A stretch of DNA of 64,000 nt from positions 1-64,000 of the forward strand of contig NMRA01000570.1 of assembly GCA_002633005.1 (NCBI GenBank), written 5' to 3'. The position numbers and the translations under genes were made by a program. The DNA comes from Phoronis australis. Its lineage: Eukaryota > Animalia > Phoronida. Shown here piece by piece: positions 62,313 through 64,000 of the stretch. How positions within the stretch are numbered: position 1 is the first letter of the stretch; each line of letters begins with the position of its first letter. Below the pieces are notes generated by a model. It saw nothing but the letters and a program-made list of their open reading frames with translations. It was not told the DNA's origin and searched no databases.

Positions 62313-63555
62313 CTGTAAATCAACATAGGTAAAAATTTCTGTTTAATAAATATTTACTGACCAATCTGTTAATACTTATCATGAGTAAAACTTTAATGAG
62401 TCTGAATTAAAAGTACAGAGGAGATTTAAAAAGTCTAAGTTCTCTGAATAACTTTCCGACGTCTATCGAAAAATCGGGTGACCGACGAATAAAGAACGTA
62501 CGAGAATTTTACAAAAATTAATAGCGTATTATCAAAAATCAAATTTGTCAGAAAGTAAGTGTAAACTGAGCAATGCAGCCCAGAGGGTATGAATATTATT
62601 TTCGCCAACAACAACTCTATTGATCATTTAAATATGTTTTGCCGGGGAGTAGTCTAACGAAAGTTAATCAATCCAAAGCTGACTGTCCCAATGATTGCTG
62701 CCAAATTACACCATGTAAGTATGAGATTCCAGAAGGTTCTTTCAGATCAGTTGAGTATAATATGCAAGGAGGGTGCCACGGAATGCAAAACGTTTGTTTT
62801 ATATGACCAAATGTGGGGAACATACGACCGTCGTTATGAGCGTGTATTACGACCGCTTTTTTAAATTGCAAAGGTTTTAAAATTATTTTAGAATGACTGT
62901 TCTTTAATTGATTCATGACCGTTTCTTTAAACAGTTTGACAAACCATAAATCACAAAGTCCAACCCTTACAATGAAAGCAAGGCGGTAAGCAGGCGCCAC
63001 AACACAAAAACTCATACCGCACAATATGTTAATTAGTGCAGTAACGATGTCATGTGTGCTAACGGTGCGTGGGTATAGTCGTAGTCTGACTTCTGTGGTA
63101 AGACATGTGTGCGTGGTAGGATTTTTGTGGCATGTAACTAAGGAAGGTAAGGATGTCCTATCAAGGGAAATTAAGTTAGGAGTTCGGACAGAAATTGTCT
63201 GGTACATTGTTTTCGCCCGGCATGGATTTTTCTCCATCGTAAAGCCGAATGTTGTAGAACGTCAGAACAGTCAGACAGTCCCGCCAATGGGCACTTATGT
63301 ACCTGCCTCTGCTCGAAGTAGCTCAATGTTTCACGGTATTGGCATCAATTGTATAGGAAATCAAAAAAAAAACAATATTTTCAAATCATTTAACGAAAGT
63401 TTTTGGAAAATTCGCCGAGAGGAAGTTAACGGTACTTTTTCAAATTCCCGCAATTCAAGTAGTTTTTTTAATGAAACTTTGTCGAAAAGAGGTTAATGGT
63501 ACTTTTCATTGATTCCCTAACTTCAAGTAGTTGAAGGAAGCTACTTTTTACGTAC

Positions 63556-63912
63556 CTGGCTGGCTTGTGGGCTCTGGACTTGTCACCGGTGATGTTGGCC
63601 TAGAAGGTGTCGGAGGTGGCGAAGTTGGTGTCTCCGTCGTTTGGCAATAGTACTCAACAACCAAATACTTCATCACGCCATGACATGGGTCTCCAAATAT
63701 ACGGTTGTTGGCTGGCACGGTACACGATGATTGATCTTGACAACGTTCCCTGACGATTTGTAACGATTTAGATTCTCTACAATTGGTGTTGCTGTAAGAC
63801 CCACACTTGTCACGCTCTGTGCGCCCATAGTTGGCCATGGTAACCCGTATCACGTGACCTTGGCTGCAGCTAAGGGTGACAGAGCGGTACTCACAAGCTA
63901 ATGCACTGGTAA
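63556..63912 (-). CDS. Mosaic protease exon: upstream SUEL lectin domain and Pro/Thr linker; the gene continues beyond the window
   Basis: ttacag|...|gtacgt, phase 1 to 1. ACE...ANYGR...FGDPCHGVMKYL; closely similar to the next SUEL exon. Confidence 0.9.
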
Positions 63913-64000
63913 CTGTAAGTCAATAAAGGAAAAAAGTTTAAATATTTATCTAAAAAATAGGTAAATATGCATACATATATAAGTGACCTTTTCTTTTGTG

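Noticed and set aside
62668-63496. Overlapping 189-aa and 156-aa ORFs in a protease intron
   Set aside because: No domain signature or coding-like composition; likely chance or decayed repeat.

Overview
Eukaryotic, AT-rich, intron-containing genomic DNA from a draft assembly with N gaps. Gene content suggests a marine invertebrate, probably a lophotrochozoan (inference). I rebuilt exon structures by hand from GT-AG sites and reading phase. Genes, left to right: the 3' six exons of PAK1IP1 (+); a secreted SMB-SMB-mucin-EndoU endoribonuclease gene (-) in which two blocks appear twice, each joined at a single N and so probably uncollapsed haplotypes; a frameshifted inverted partial copy of an LRR gene (-); a small PAN-domain gene fragment with an unnamed second domain (-); an intact single-exon 940-aa LRR-Ig-TM receptor (+); a coiled-coil C-type lectin with a candidate 15-nt micro-exon (-); and the 3' part of a mosaic SUEL-SUEL-CUB-LDLa-FN2-trypsin protease (-). 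Mobile DNA includes a Kolobok-type element (TTAA TSD, THAP remnant), several 5-bp-TSD hAT5-like MITEs, a hAT transposase fossil, foldback elements and minisatellites. No prokaryotic system, CRISPR array, rRNA or intact tRNA is visible. The best candidates for novelty are the mosaic lectin-protease, the duplicated ENDOU catalytic exon, the lectin micro-exon and the PAN plus unnamed-domain gene.
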